Below are positions 13,438-26,176 of a stretch of 64,000 nt of DNA, piece by piece. This DNA comes from Octopus sinensis (lineage: Eukaryota), in contig NC_043020.1 of assembly GCF_006345805.1 (NCBI RefSeq), positions 11,284,001-11,348,000 on the forward strand, in the 5' to 3' direction. Under the pieces are notes generated by a model, which searched no databases, was not told the origin of the DNA, and saw only the letters and a program-made list of their open reading frames with translations. The position numbers were made by a program, and so were the translations under genes. How positions within the stretch are numbered: position 1 is the first letter of the stretch; each line of letters begins with the position of its first letter.

Positions 13438-14424
13438 AGAATTATCGTTTTGCTATTATCGTTCTTTATACCAATTAGCGCGTCAATTGTCGGATTATCA
13501 TCACCCGCTAACACCATTATCATAAAAAAAAAAAAAAAGCAGAAGCAATAGGAATGAGGTTTAACATCACTGTTGGGACGACGACAACGACGATGACAGC
13601 GACGATGATGGTGATGATGATGATTATGATGATGATAATGATGATGATGATGATGATGATGGTGATGATGGTGAGGATGATGATGATGATACTAAATGGT
13701 TGGAACAATAATCAAAATTTCATACTTAAGATATTAAAACAAAGCAGTATAACAACCAAATATTTTATTTTTTAATTAAAAAATGTTTCAATGTGACTAT
13801 TGTTGTTGTTATAATTGTTGCTGTTGTTGTTGCTGCTGCTGCTGCTGCTATCTTCTTCTTCTTCTTCTTCTTCTTCTTCTTCTTCTTCTTCTGCTTCTTC
13901 TTCTTCTTCTTCTTTTTCTTCTTCTTTTGATTCCACTTATGCATAGATAAATGTTACACTTACTAATTACTAGAAAGGCTTGCAACTAAATACTGAAATG
14001 TACTTTGATTGATGTTTTACTTGATTCTGCCAATTCACCAATCTTTAAAAAGTTCAAATATAGCCATAACAACAACAACAACAACAACTACACCAATACC
14101 TGCAGTAACTGTCTTCTTCTTCTTCTTCTTCCACTCAGGACTCACGCCATCAGCCACAAAGAATAATCTCTAATTCGAGCCTACTCTAAGCCACTAAGAA
14201 TGCATGTGGCAACTTGAAGATCTGCCCACCACACGCGATAGACTGGCGGTTGCACGGGCGCGAAAGCTACTTTCTTATCCTCATTCCGTAAACGGTGGCT
14301 TTTTTAACGGATGGAGAGCTGAACCATCCTGGGGTACAGAGGATTTGCAATCTAGACTAGGGTCTGAAAGTTTACCACACCATAGTGGGTTACACCATGG
14401 TTCCTCTGCTTTGTGGCAGAAGTA

Positions 14425-14598
14425 GGAAGAAAGTTGTGGTGAAAGGGTACAGCGGGGTTCACCACCACCCCGCGCCGGTGCTTCGTGGAGCTTAGGCGTT
14501 TTTGCTCAATAAACACTCACAATGCCCGGTCTCGGAATAGAAACTGCATTTTTACGACCACGAGTCCGCTGCCCTAACCACTGGACCATTGCGCCTCC
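14425..14598 (-). mobile_element. SINE family A, 5' part
   Basis: Matches the family A head and left body. Confidence 0.8.
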
Positions 14599-14634
<36 letters not shown>

Positions 14635-15155
14635 GGTGGTGGTGGTGGTGGTGGTATTAAGACGGTAAGCTGGCAGAATCCTTAGCGTACCGGGAATAAA
14701 AATATCTCAAGTTATTTCTACTATTTATGTTCTGAGCTCAAATCCTGTCAGGGTTAATTCTACTTTTCACGTCTCTGCTCTATTGAAAGTTCTGTATATA
14801 AGATGTATGCAGTGCCGAGCGGTACGATTTTCTGTCTCTATTCATAAATCCCAGAATTTTAGTTATATATTGCGTGTATTTTTTCGCTTTACCTCTAGCA
14901 TCTATTACAAGGCTGGGCTAAAAAGTTCATAGGCCGGCTATGAGGGAGCGATGCTAGAGCTGTGAAGTTTTGCATGCATTAATTTCAACTCTTCTTATTA
15001 ATAACTGCATTGTTTTTTCCAGGTATACTGATATCTGACTGTTCAAAGAAAACTTCAAAAGTAACAGGTCAAAAAACATTACTAGCAGATATGACATCAT
15101 CATCACTGCAATACTGGTTCCCAGACAAGTGTTTTTGCATGCCGAGGAACGGTTG

Positions 15156-15719
15156 ATGATTGAGTCAGATCAAGACAATAGCAAGGGGGATCAACCTGTT
15201 CAAAGCTGTTGATAGATTGAGTCAGATCAAGACAATAGCAAGGGGGATCAACCTGTTCAAAGCTGTTGATAGATTGAGTCAGATCAAGACAATAGCAAGG
15301 GGGATCAACCTGTTCAAAGCTGTTGATAGATTGAGTCAGATCAAGACAATAGCAAGGGGATCAACTGTTCAAAAACTGTTGATAGATTGAGTCAGATCAA
15401 GACAATAGCAAGGGGGATCAACCTGTTCAAAGCTGTTGATAGATTGAGTCAGATCAAGACAATAGCAAGGGGGATCAACCTGTTCAAAGCTGTTGATAGA
15501 TTGAGTCAGATCAAGACAATAGCAAGGGGGATCAACCTGTTCAAAACTGTTGAGAGATTGAGTCAGATCAAGACAATAGCAAGGGGGATCAACCTGTTCA
15601 AAACTGTTGATAGATTGAGTCAGATCAAGACAATAGCAAGGGGGATCAACCTGTTCAAAACTGTTGATAGATTGAGTCAGATCAAGACAATAGAAAGGGG
15701 GATCAACCTGTTCAAAGCT
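15156..15719. repeat. 57-bp minisatellite, about 10 copies, derived from the mariner catalytic motif
   Basis: Unit gatagattgagtcagatcaagacaatagcaagggggatcaacctgttcaaagctgtt; the minus strand translates as SFEQVDPPCYCLDLTQSIN. Confidence 0.95.
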
Positions 15720-15829
15720 ACGATCATGCACAGCAGCCATTGAAACCAACGGCTTGTCTGCTGTAGCACTGTCCTGATGAAACAAGACGCCTTTCGTCAG
15801 TTTTCCTGGGCGTTTGGGTTTGATAGCCT

Positions 15830-16062
15830 ATTTCTTTACTACCCACAAGGGGCTAAACACAGAAGGGACAAACAAGGACAGACAAACGGATTAAGTCGAT
15901 TATATCGACCGACCCCAGTGCGTAACTGGTACTTATTTAATCGACCCCGAAAGGATGAAAGGCAAAGTCGACCTCGGCGGAATTTGAACTCAGAACGTAG
16001 AGGCAGATGAAATGCCGCTAAGCATTTCGCTCGGCGTGCTAACTGTTCTGCCAGTCACCGCC
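15830..16062 (-). mobile_element. SINE family B inserted in the mariner, 17-bp TSD
   Basis: TSD tttgggtttgatagcct on both sides. Confidence 0.9.
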
Positions 16063-16903
16063 TTTGGGTTTGATAGCCTGTCGTAACTACCTCAGCAAGT
16101 TCGCATAGTATTCTGCATTGATGGTGTGACCCTTCTGAAGATAGTCAATAATCACAATGCCTTTTGCATGAAAAAAAAAACTGAAGTCCTCAACTTCCCT
16201 GCAGATGAAACGACTTTGATCTTCGTTGGAGCAAGTGATGAGGGATGTTTCCACTACAGGGATTGTCTCTTTGTTTCTGGCTCAGAGTGATAAACCCAAC
16301 GCTCATCCTGGGTCAAGAAACGTTCAAGGAAACCAACTGGATCTGCCACCGACAATGTCAGATTTTCCCGTAGTGTGATCAGCTTGGTGCGATTTTGATC
16401 AGGTTATCAGGTATCAGGTATCACGCACCCACCGAGCAGAAATCTTCGTCATTCCAAGTTCATCGAGTTCAATATTCTCAACTCTCTCACAGGATATGCT
16501 AATAATAGCATTGTCTATTTGATTGATGGTCAGTCGTCTGTCGCCCATCAACATGTGGTGAACACAATGTTTTACTCAGTGATGGAAATTTCTGGACTTC
16601 TTGATCTTGTGTCATCTTCAAGATTCTCCCTTCGCCACCTAAATTCAGTTGCCCACTTTTGAACTGTTAATAAAGCCGGAGCATCATCCCCTAATGTAGC
16701 AACAACAACAGTATATATATCTCTGGGGGCTAAACCTTTTTCCTGCAGGTACTTGATAACACCACGATGCCAAATTTTGTTCATTTTTAAGGGAAGAGGT
16801 TACTTGTTTCTTTTGAAGTCTTCTTTGAACAGTCAGATGTCAGTTTACCTGGAAAGAAACAATACAGTTAACTAGCTGAGGAACCCGGAACATGATATAT
16901 ATA

Positions 16904-16941
<38 letters not shown>

Positions 16942-17471
16942 TATTATATATATATATATACTCTTTACTCTTTACTTGTTTCAGTCATTTGACTGCGGCC
17001 ATGCTGGAGCACTGTCTTTAATCGAGCAACTCGACCCCGGGACTTATTCTTTGTAAGCCCAGTATATATATGAAAAATGTATAAACAAACGACGCAACGT
17101 ATACTGAATATAAAAACGAAAGGGAGCCAAACAGGAGGTCCCTAATTCTTCATCAGTTATCGACCAATGGTATTGTTGTTTTGCACCTTTAACGATAAGA
17201 CTAAACATGTATTTTCTTAACACCTGCACTTAAAATTGTCGTTTCTAACCATTGCAGTCGATATTTGTTTCTCATGATCAGTGGAACTATGCCCATGAAT
17301 GACAGTCGTCAAATTAAGTGCCTTTTCTCTAAATAATTTTTTGTTTGCTTTTCAAACTTTTATGTTCCTTCCAATTCCCTTCTTGATATTTCCATTGATT
17401 ATATATTTCCGGCTTTCCACTTCCGATCCCTCATGTATTTATTTGTATTATTATTTCGTGAATATATTTAT

Positions 17472-17605
17472 AGGCGCAGGAGTGGCTGTGTGGTAAGTAG
17501 CTTGCTTACCAACCACATGGTTCCGGGTTCAGTCCCACTGCGTGGCACCTTGGGCAGGTGTCTTCTACTATAGCCTCGGGCCGACCAAAGCCTTGTCGTA
17601 TATAT
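17472..17605 (+). mobile_element. SINE family C 5' part (a 3' part lies on the minus strand at 16962-17063)
   Basis: Family C head and CORE-like block. Confidence 0.8.
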
Positions 17606-17606
17606 G

Positions 17607-17857
17607 TCTAATGGTTTGGCTTTGTGTACCTTAGGGAAGATACCATAGAACAAACTCGATTTGCATTGAAGTTAGTGATGTATTCATACTCCTTGTTCGT
17701 GAGTCCTTCTTGGTATGTGTGATTAATGTCCTAAGGTTATGCATTATTTTTTGCTGGTTATACTGTTGGGGCCTTTCATAATACGTTTCATCTCTTAATA
17801 GGGATAGCACTAACTTTTTATAATTGTTTATCATTTTACTATCCTATTATCTATCGC
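17607..17857 (-). mobile_element. Inverted partial duplicate of the Penelope-like ORF (about 18187-18432)
   Basis: ORF 17631-17834 NNYKKLVLSLLRDETYYERPQQYNQQKIMHNLRTLI matches the start of the 630-aa ORF. Confidence 0.9.
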
Positions 17858-18167
17858 CACAACGTTCTAATTATATGAATGAAAGATGATATTCTAGTTA
17901 TTATGAATGAAAGATGATATTTCGGAATTTTGCAGAAAACTAAGACTCACCGAGCATTTCAAGACAAACAAATAGAGGAGGACTCAATAGCTAGAAACAA
18001 GAGCAATTACACCCCCACCAAAGGTAAGAATAAAGCCTTAGCCGCTATTGTGACTACATAACTAATTTCCCGTTTCAATTCATCAAGAAACAAAAACACA
18101 GCCCTAACTTCACAAAAGAGAATGGAATGACCTCATCAAACTAAGAGAAGACAAACAATAACAATTA

Positions 18168-20060
18168 ATGGAGGCAGATAAGGGCAACGCGATAGTAATA
18201 ATGAATACAAACAATTATAAAAATTTAGTGCTATCCCTATTAAGAGATGAAACGTATTATGAAAGGGCCCAACAGTATAACCAGCAAAAAATAATGCATA
18301 ACCTTAGGACATTAATCAACACATACCAAGAAGGACTCACGAACAAGGAGTATGAATACATCACTAACTTCAAATGCAAATCGAGTTTGTTCTATGGTAT
18401 CCCTAAGGTACACAAAAGCCAAACCATTAGAGAAACGTGCAAAACATCCACCGACACACTCATCAAAATCCCTTCACCAAATGATCTTAAACTAAGACCG
18501 ATAATAGCAGGGCCAGCATGTGAAACTCACCGCCTCAGCAATTTCTTAGACACACTTCTTAAACCTTTCCTAAAACACATCAAAAGCTACGTAAGAGACG
18601 ATATAGATATGCTCAACCACCTCCCTAAAACAGTCAATGAGAAAACCCTTCTAGTATCATTCGACGTAGTTAATCTTTATTCTAACATCCCTCACAACCT
18701 AGGAATAGAAGCAATCACCTTCTGGCTGAATAACTACCCCTTTGAACTCCCAACTCGCATAAACAAAGACCTTATAATAGAAGGACTTAGATTCATTTTA
18801 GAGAACAATTATTTTATTTTTGACAATGATTTCTACAGGCAAAGATCGGGAACAGCGATGGGCACGCGTACTGCACCATCTTTTGCCAACCTAGTGATGG
18901 GATACCTCGAGAAAATACTATACCGGATGACACTCGAGAAATATGGAAACACCTTCGCCACCTATATCCATAACAACTGGAAAAGATACCTCGATGACTG
19001 TTTCATCATCTGGGACAAAGGCATAGAGAAACTTGAGGAATTTAAAATTCTATTAAATGGAATAAATGACAATATACAATTCACGATGGACCACAACGAA
19101 AAAGAATTACCATTTTTAGACATCCTCATTAAGAAAACCGGCAACAAAATAGAGACAGATATCTACTATAAACCGACAGACTCTAAACAGTACCTACCCT
19201 TTGATTCATGCCACCCACGACACACTAGAATGAATGTCCCTTTTTGTTTAGCTAGAAGGATTTGCACCATAATATCAGACACAAACACCCGACACACACG
19301 TCTCCAGGAACTTAGAACCACACTCACAAATAGAAACTATCCACAGCCCCTAATAGACAGTGCAATCCAACGGGTACTTAAATTAAGTATAGAAGACCTG
19401 AGACAAACAAAACCAAAAAAGAAAGAACAATTAAAAACCCTTCCCTACATCTCTACACACAACCCACTCAACAATGAGGCCTTCAACACCATACTACAAA
19501 GCACAGCCCTACTAAAGGGAGACCCAAAGATGAACCGGATCCTCGAAACACACACCATCATTAAAAGTAAACGGCAACCAAAATCCTTGAAAAGGATTTT
19601 AACCCAAGCTACACTGCACTCAACATCAACCACAAAACCAGCAGTTAGAAAATGTGGAAGGCCCAACTGCGGAATCTGTGTCATCTTGAAAGAAGGATCA
19701 GAATTTATACTGGAACAAGGCCACCAGTTCACCATTAGAACAAACTTCACCTGCGCATCAGAAAACTTAATTTACGTCATAACATGCGCAGGCTGCAATA
19801 GGCAGTATATAGGCCATACAAAAAATAGCTTACGTAACAGGATGGCGGTGCATAAATCACAAATTAGAAACCCTGATTACCGCAAAATACCGGTCAGCGG
19901 ACACATAGATAGATGTGCTGGAAATGTAAATCCGAAATTTACAACTAACCCGCTCTATAAATTCAGTGACAACGCAACCTTCACACAACGCCAAAATAAA
20001 GAACTATATTTCATAAAAAAATTTAGACCAAGTTTAAACACCCTGGGCCAGGAATACTAA
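18168..20060 (+). CDS. Penelope-like reverse transcriptase / GIY-YIG endonuclease
   Basis: ADKG, FYGIPKVHK, LRPII, SFDVVNLYSNIP, GTAMG, RYLDD, LPFLD, YYKPTD, SCHP; Cys linker CGRPNCGIC; NLIYVITC..C..QYIGHT..RMAVH..E..FI....PSLN. Confidence 0.93.
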   Translation: MEADKGNAIVIMNTNNYKNLVLSLLRDETYYERAQQYNQQKIMHNLRTLINTYQEGLTNKEYEYITNFKCKSSLFYGIPKVHKSQTIRETCKTSTDTLIKIPSPNDLKLRPIIAGPACETHRLSNFLDTLLKPFLKHIKSYVRDDIDMLNHLPKTVNEKTLLVSFDVVNLYSNIPHNLGIEAITFWLNNYPFELPTRINKDLIIEGLRFILENNYFIFDNDFYRQRSGTAMGTRTAPSFANLVMGYLEKILYRMTLEKYGNTFATYIHNNWKRYLDDCFIIWDKGIEKLEEFKILLNGINDNIQFTMDHNEKELPFLDILIKKTGNKIETDIYYKPTDSKQYLPFDSCHPRHTRMNVPFCLARRICTIISDTNTRHTRLQELRTTLTNRNYPQPLIDSAIQRVLKLSIEDLRQTKPKKKEQLKTLPYISTHNPLNNEAFNTILQSTALLKGDPKMNRILETHTIIKSKRQPKSLKRILTQATLHSTSTTKPAVRKCGRPNCGICVILKEGSEFILEQGHQFTIRTNFTCASENLIYVITCAGCNRQYIGHTKNSLRNRMAVHKSQIRNPDYRKIPVSGHIDRCAGNVNPKFTTNPLYKFSDNATFTQRQNKELYFIKKFRPSLNTLGQEY

Positions 20061-20228
20061 AACAAAAGATAAGTCCTCCGAAAAGGAGAACCAAATTTCA
20101 CCACGGCCGCTACTTCAAACAGACACTCACTCTGACGGAAATATGCCTTAGTAAAAAAGGAAAAAAATTCTTTCGTGCAAATCTGACCCTGATACATACG
20201 ATACAGCTAAGGGTCAGACCCGATTCTG

Positions 20229-20599
20229 ATTGGTCAACAAGTTGATGACGTCTAGCTCTGCTAGAATGGACAGGATACAAACAGGGGACAGTCATTAGTC
20301 AGAATATTGATGACGTCCTTTTCTGCTTGAATAGTCACCTAACAAGTACAGACAGGGGGCAGATCTAATGTAGCTATAAGTCGTGATTGGGCAGAATCTG
20401 GATGACGTCCCGCTATGCTTGACTAACGAAGCGACTGGTCAAAACAGGAAACAAACAAGAGGGAGTTATAATGCAGCGATTGGTCAAAATAATGATGACG
20501 TCCCGATCTACTTGATTAAAGCCACCTAACGAAACGATTGGTCAAAACATTGATGACGTCACGCTACGCTAGATTGACCACCTAACAGGCATTATAAAA
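20229..20599 (+). promoter_or_regulatory. Array of inverted-CCAAT + CRE-like composite sites followed by a TATA box
   Basis: Five ATT(G/A)G-N12-TGACGTC modules (first 20229-20252, last 20537-20561, a perfect TGACGTCA); TATAAAA at 20593. Confidence 0.6.
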
Positions 20600-21035
20600 C
20601 CGAGCATTTCACAAAAACTAGAACCACCCAGCGAACTTCCACCATGGGTCATCACAATTGCTTAAGGTAAAAATGAATTCCTCGCTCTTTCGGAAACATC
20701 AATCTTCTGTATTGACCGTTTCCCACCACTTTGATCTGTTTTTTGTATTGAATACGTATCGCCACCGTGGGCCACTGCATCAAACACTTTGAACATATAC
20801 TTCAAACTATATATCAACTATACATGAACTATATATCAACTATACATGAACTCTAAGATGTCTGACTCCGTTGTGTATTATAAATGAATTTCTTGTGTTT
20901 GACGGCATGAGCTGTCTCTTTTTATATATAACTTTTTTTGATAAGGTTCATTTCAGGAACTGAAACATGTTATAATGTATATATAAAAATTAAAAATTGT
21001 ATAATACAGCAGCATTTTCGAACTTCATTTTTTAC

Positions 21036-21078
<43 letters not shown>

Positions 21079-21134
21079 AATACATACATATATATGCATA
21101 AATACATGTACACACACAGATAGACATGTGTATA

Positions 21135-21170
<36 letters not shown>

Positions 21171-21729
21171 TGTATAAGATATAATTGAAATTAATATTAA
21201 TATTCTTGAAAATTCATGTTTGCCCAACATTATCAAGGCTATCCAAAATTAATGAAATTTCAACTGAACATCTGAAAAATTACCAGTTAATAAATGCTAA
21301 TAAAAAGAACACCTAAATTGAATTCAACCGAAAGCATTCCTTCATCTAACTAATAGTGACGTCACTGGATAGCAAAAATGTTACACACACAAACACACAC
21401 ACACACACACACACACATGCACTTACACACACACACGCACACACACACACACACACACACGCACACACACACGCACGCACACATATGTACCCATATGCAC
21501 ACATAACAGGCTTCTCTTAGTTTCCATCAACTAAAATCCGCTCGAACGGGTTTGCCTGGCTCGGCGTTATAGTAGAAGATGCTTGCCCAAGGTGCTGTGC
21601 AGCAGGACTGAACCTAGGACCATTTGGTTGGGAACTAAGCCTCTTACTTATGCAACTATGCTTGCACCTGACTATAAGATACAAAAAAAAAAAAACAAAT
21701 ATTATTTCTACACCACACTGGTTGTTTTA

Positions 21730-21744
21730 TAAATGCCATCATCA

Positions 21745-21786
<42 letters not shown>

Positions 21787-21789
21787 TCG

Positions 21790-21833
<44 letters not shown>

Positions 21834-21870
21834 GTCATCATCATGGTCATCGTCGTTGTCCTCATCATTT
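21730..21870. repeat. (TCG)n/(TCA)n trinucleotide microsatellite
   Basis: Directly visible. Confidence 0.95.
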
Positions 21871-22993
21871 TATGTTTTAATGCTGGGCTCTCAAACTCTA
21901 CTCTACCCTTTCAGGTTGTCCATCATAATAGATCTATTGTTTCCCTTAGGTCACTCTTTTATTGTCATTCATCACTTCCTTATCACTATTTCAACTATTC
22001 CTCAATAGTACTCTCTCACTCTCTTTCTTTCTCTCATTCTCTCTCTGTCTCTCTCTCTCTCTGTCTCTCTTTCTCTCTTACCAACTACCATTTTAGCTGC
22101 CACTCTCTTTTCCTTAGGTCATTCATTATTAACATCCATCATATTCCCCTATCACTGACCATTTCTACAACTATCCATCATTTGTTCTATCTTTTACAAG
22201 TAAATATGTACCTACCATTAGTGTCTCTCCTATATTACTCTCTGCCATTACTCACTCTCTTTCTCTCTCATTATATTCTACCCTCACTACCTCTCTTTCA
22301 TTACACTTTTCAATATTATCTCTCCCGTTTCTTCCTCTGCTTTCATATTGTCAACCCAATCTCTGTTTCCTCCTCCTTTCTTTCATTTCTTTTTCCTTTT
22401 CATCTTAGTTTTATCTTAGCTTTATCTTCTGCAATCACTTTTCCTTTTGTTGGTTTCATTGCCCTCAATGAGTGGAAATGATATAGAATAGTAAGGTCTC
22501 TTTTATTTCGTAGGATATAAATCAATTCCATTAGAAGTGGACCTACAACAAAATAATGCACCCTCTGTCTTCTGTGAAGCTACTGGGAGGTTAAGGAGGG
22601 CAGGCTGTCCATAGAAGCCATACTAAAACAGAACATATAAGTGAGACCCGATTCCCTCAACTGCTCATCGATAAGGGCTTGGGCTGTGATGACGCGGCCG
22701 ATTCATGCCAGCATGGAAAGCAGATGTAAAAATGATGATGACGGTGAGATGATGATGACGATGACGACGACGATGATGATGGTGATGATGATGATGATGA
22801 TCATCATCATCATCAATATCCTCCTCCTCATCATCATCATCATCAATATCCTCCTCATCATCATCATCACATTTGTTGTCACTGTTTTCATTGCATCACC
22901 ATTACTATGACCAAACAACATTCCTTCCAAATACCAACACCACCAAATACCACTGCTACTGTCACCACCACCACTACCACCACCACCACCACC

Positions 22994-23044
<51 letters not shown>

Positions 23045-23669
23045 ATAAAAATATATTTCTTTTGATGGCTAGATGACGTTGGTGCATTAGCTACCTTCAT
23101 CTTCTTCTTCTTCTCCTTCTTTTCTCTCTCTCTCTCTCTCTTTCTGTCCATTTACCATCCATTCCACTTATTTACCATTTGGCCCACGAAAAGTCAAAAA
23201 GCAGATAGACACACAGACAAACACACACACACACAACAAATTCACAGACTCAGACAGACAGACACACACACACACACACACAGCAAGACTGACTGTACAT
23301 TGTAAGCTGTGCTTTTGACATTTGATGTGATAATCAAAACTTATGTATTATTAATTATATGTATTATATTTAATTTAGTCTTCAGTTAACACTTAGTTCC
23401 ATGTAATTCATTTTAAGTAGATTTCCATGTCAGAAGTTTTTCTTATGTTTCTGGATATTCCCAGCCAACATTGCTGTAGAAATGTTTCGTTGGTGTCTTT
23501 TCTTCGTAAAAGATTGATTGATTCGTTGATGTGATCTACTTTTTATTGTATGGTTTCTGTATCACAATGTCTTGGTAGGACAAATAATCTGATAGAGAGA
23601 GAGAATCAAAGAGACTGAGGCAGACATCGATAAAAATGAGACGTGGGTGAAAGAATTGGGTGGATGCGT

Positions 23670-23684
23670 GGTATGCGTGTGTGT

Positions 23685-23724
<40 letters not shown>

Positions 23725-25085
23725 TTAAGTGTTTGTGTTTGAGTGTCTGTGTGTTTGTGCATGTGTATGTGTGTTTGTGTGTGTGAGCATGTATGTATGA
23801 CTGTGTGTTTGTAAGTGTATGTGTGTATGTATTTGTGTGTGTGTTTGTGTGTATGTATCTATGTATGTATGAGTGCTTCTGTGTGTATATGTGTATGTGT
23901 GTTTATGTGTTTCTGTGTGTATGCGCATGTGTGACAGTGTGTTTGTAAGTATATATGTGTGTATGTGTATGTGTGTGTGTTGTGTGTGTTTAAGAAATAA
24001 CGATAAAGTATTGAAATATTGAGGCAAAGTGTGTGTGGGTGAGAGAGAGAGATAGAGAGAGAGAGAGAGTGTGTCTGTGCATTTGTGTGCCTGAGTGTGG
24101 GTGTATGTGTGTGTGTGTTTGAGTATTCGTGTGTGTGTGTGTATATACATAGGTATGTATGCATGTATGAGTGTATGAGTGTTTGTGTGTTTAAGTGTGG
24201 GTGTTTAAGTGAGTGTATGTGTGTATGTGTGTGTGTTTGAGTGTATTTGTGTGTGTGTGTTTGTGCGTGTGTGCCTGTGTTTGTGTTTCTGTATGTGTGT
24301 GCTTGAGTGTGGATGTTTTAGTATGTGTGTATGCATGTGTTTGAGTGTGTGTGTATGAGTGTGTTTGAATGTATGTGTGTGTGTATGTTTGAATGTTTGA
24401 GTATGTATTTATGTATGTATGTATGTATGATTGTTAGTGTGTTTGTATGTGTATGTATGTGTTTGTGTGTAAGTTTATGTATGTGTTTATGTGTGCTTAA
24501 GAAAAGATGATAAAGATGTATCGAAATATTGAGGCAAAGTGTGGGTGAGAGAGAGAGAGAGTGTGTGTTTGTGCATGTGTGTGCTTGAGTGTGGGTGTTT
24601 AAGTGTGTGTATGTGTTTGTTTGAGTGTATGTGCATTTGAGCGTATATGTGTGTGAGTGTATTTGTGTGTGTGTGTGTGTGTCCCTGTTACAGAAATAAT
24701 GATAAAAACAAAGAAATTTTGAGGGAGATAGAGAGAGAGAGAGATAGACAGACAGAAAAGAAGTGAAGAGAAATAATGTGAGTGTATGTGTGTGTGTGTT
24801 TATATAGGTGTGTGTGTATGTGTGCATGTATGTATGTGTATATGTGTGTGGGTGGTTTTGTTTGTGTGTATGTGTTTTGGAGAGAGGGGGAGGGAAAATA
24901 GAGTGGAAGTGACATGGAAAGAGAAAGTAAGGAGAAAGTCAGAAATATTGATGGATATGGACTGAAAAGAATCTCTGTGTGTGTGTGTGTATGTGTGTGT
25001 GTGCGTGTGTGTGTGCGTATGTTCGTATGTGTGTGTGTGTGCTCATCTGTTCCTCTGTGTGTGTTTGTGTGTGTCTGTGCGTATG

Positions 25086-25127
<42 letters not shown>

Positions 25128-25529
25128 TATGTGTGCGTGTGTGTGTGCTCATATGTTCCTCTGTGTGTGTGTTTGTGTGTGTCTGTGCCTGCATGTGTTT
25201 CTCTGTGTGTGTGTGTGTGAGTGTGTGTGTGGAAAAGAGATGAAACTGGAATGTCAGAGAAATGTGTCTTAGAAAGAAAGATAAAAAAAACCAGAAAGAT
25301 GGCTGGTAGAAGAAGACTGTAAGTATTAGAGAAAGCAATAACGAGAAATTCATTTACACACACACACATACACACGCACTCATGTGTGTGCCTACATGTA
25401 CATGCAGATGAGAGAGAGTGTGTGCGATAGAAAAATAAAGATTAAGGTTGACATGTATGCATATATACATACTTATACACGCACACGCACACACATATCT
25501 ACTATAGCTTCTATATATGAATATATGTA

Positions 25530-25596
<67 letters not shown>

Positions 25597-25742
25597 ATAT
25601 ATATATATATATATAAAATATATTTATATATATACATTCATATACATACATATATATGCATATATATATATATGTATATGTATATGTATATGTATGTATG
25701 TATGTGTATATATATATATATATAATATATATATATACATAC

Positions 25743-25784
<42 letters not shown>

Positions 25785-26103
25785 GTATCTATCTATATCT
25801 ATATATATATATGCATCTATCTATAAATATATATATATATATTTACATATATATAGATATGCATCTATATATATATATACATATACATGTATATGTATGT
25901 ATATATATATATATTTATATGCATACATATATCTATCCATCTATCTATCTATCTATCTATATATATATTTATATATATATATATATGTATATAGATATAT
26001 ATATATATGTATATAAATATATAGATATACATATATATATATATACATATACAAACACATGCACACACACACACACACACACATACATACATGAGATGAG
26101 TAT

Positions 26104-26172
<69 letters not shown>
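23670..26172. repeat. Degenerate (GT)n, (TA)n and (GA)n low-complexity tract with local duplications
   Basis: Directly visible; e.g. gaaatattgaggcaaagtgtg occurs at about 24013 and 24523. Confidence 0.9.

Positions 26173-26176
<4 letters not shown>

Larger units (their letters stand above)
14908..16872 (-). mobile_element. Mariner transposon relic (disrupted transposase)
   Basis: MNKIWHRGVIKYLQEKG..WATEFR..LEDD.RS (16784-16572), FHQDSA (second catalytic D region), degenerate YSPDLAPS motif, and QKHLSGNQYCSDDDVISA at about 15080-15140; mariner-like end TA|CAAGGCTGGGCTAAAAAGTT at 14908. Confidence 0.85.
17860..21040 (+). mobile_element. Penelope-like retroelement (Neptune-type), 5'-truncated, with 3' pseudo-LTR, ending at (TA)n
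   Basis: RT plus GIY-YIG ORF, upstream frameshifted N-terminal region (FCRKLRL.EHF), inverted 5' fragment, long 3' non-coding region. Confidence 0.9.

Noticed and set aside
15156-15719. CRISPR-like array
   Set aside because: No unique spacers, no cas genes and eukaryotic context; it is a head-to-tail minisatellite
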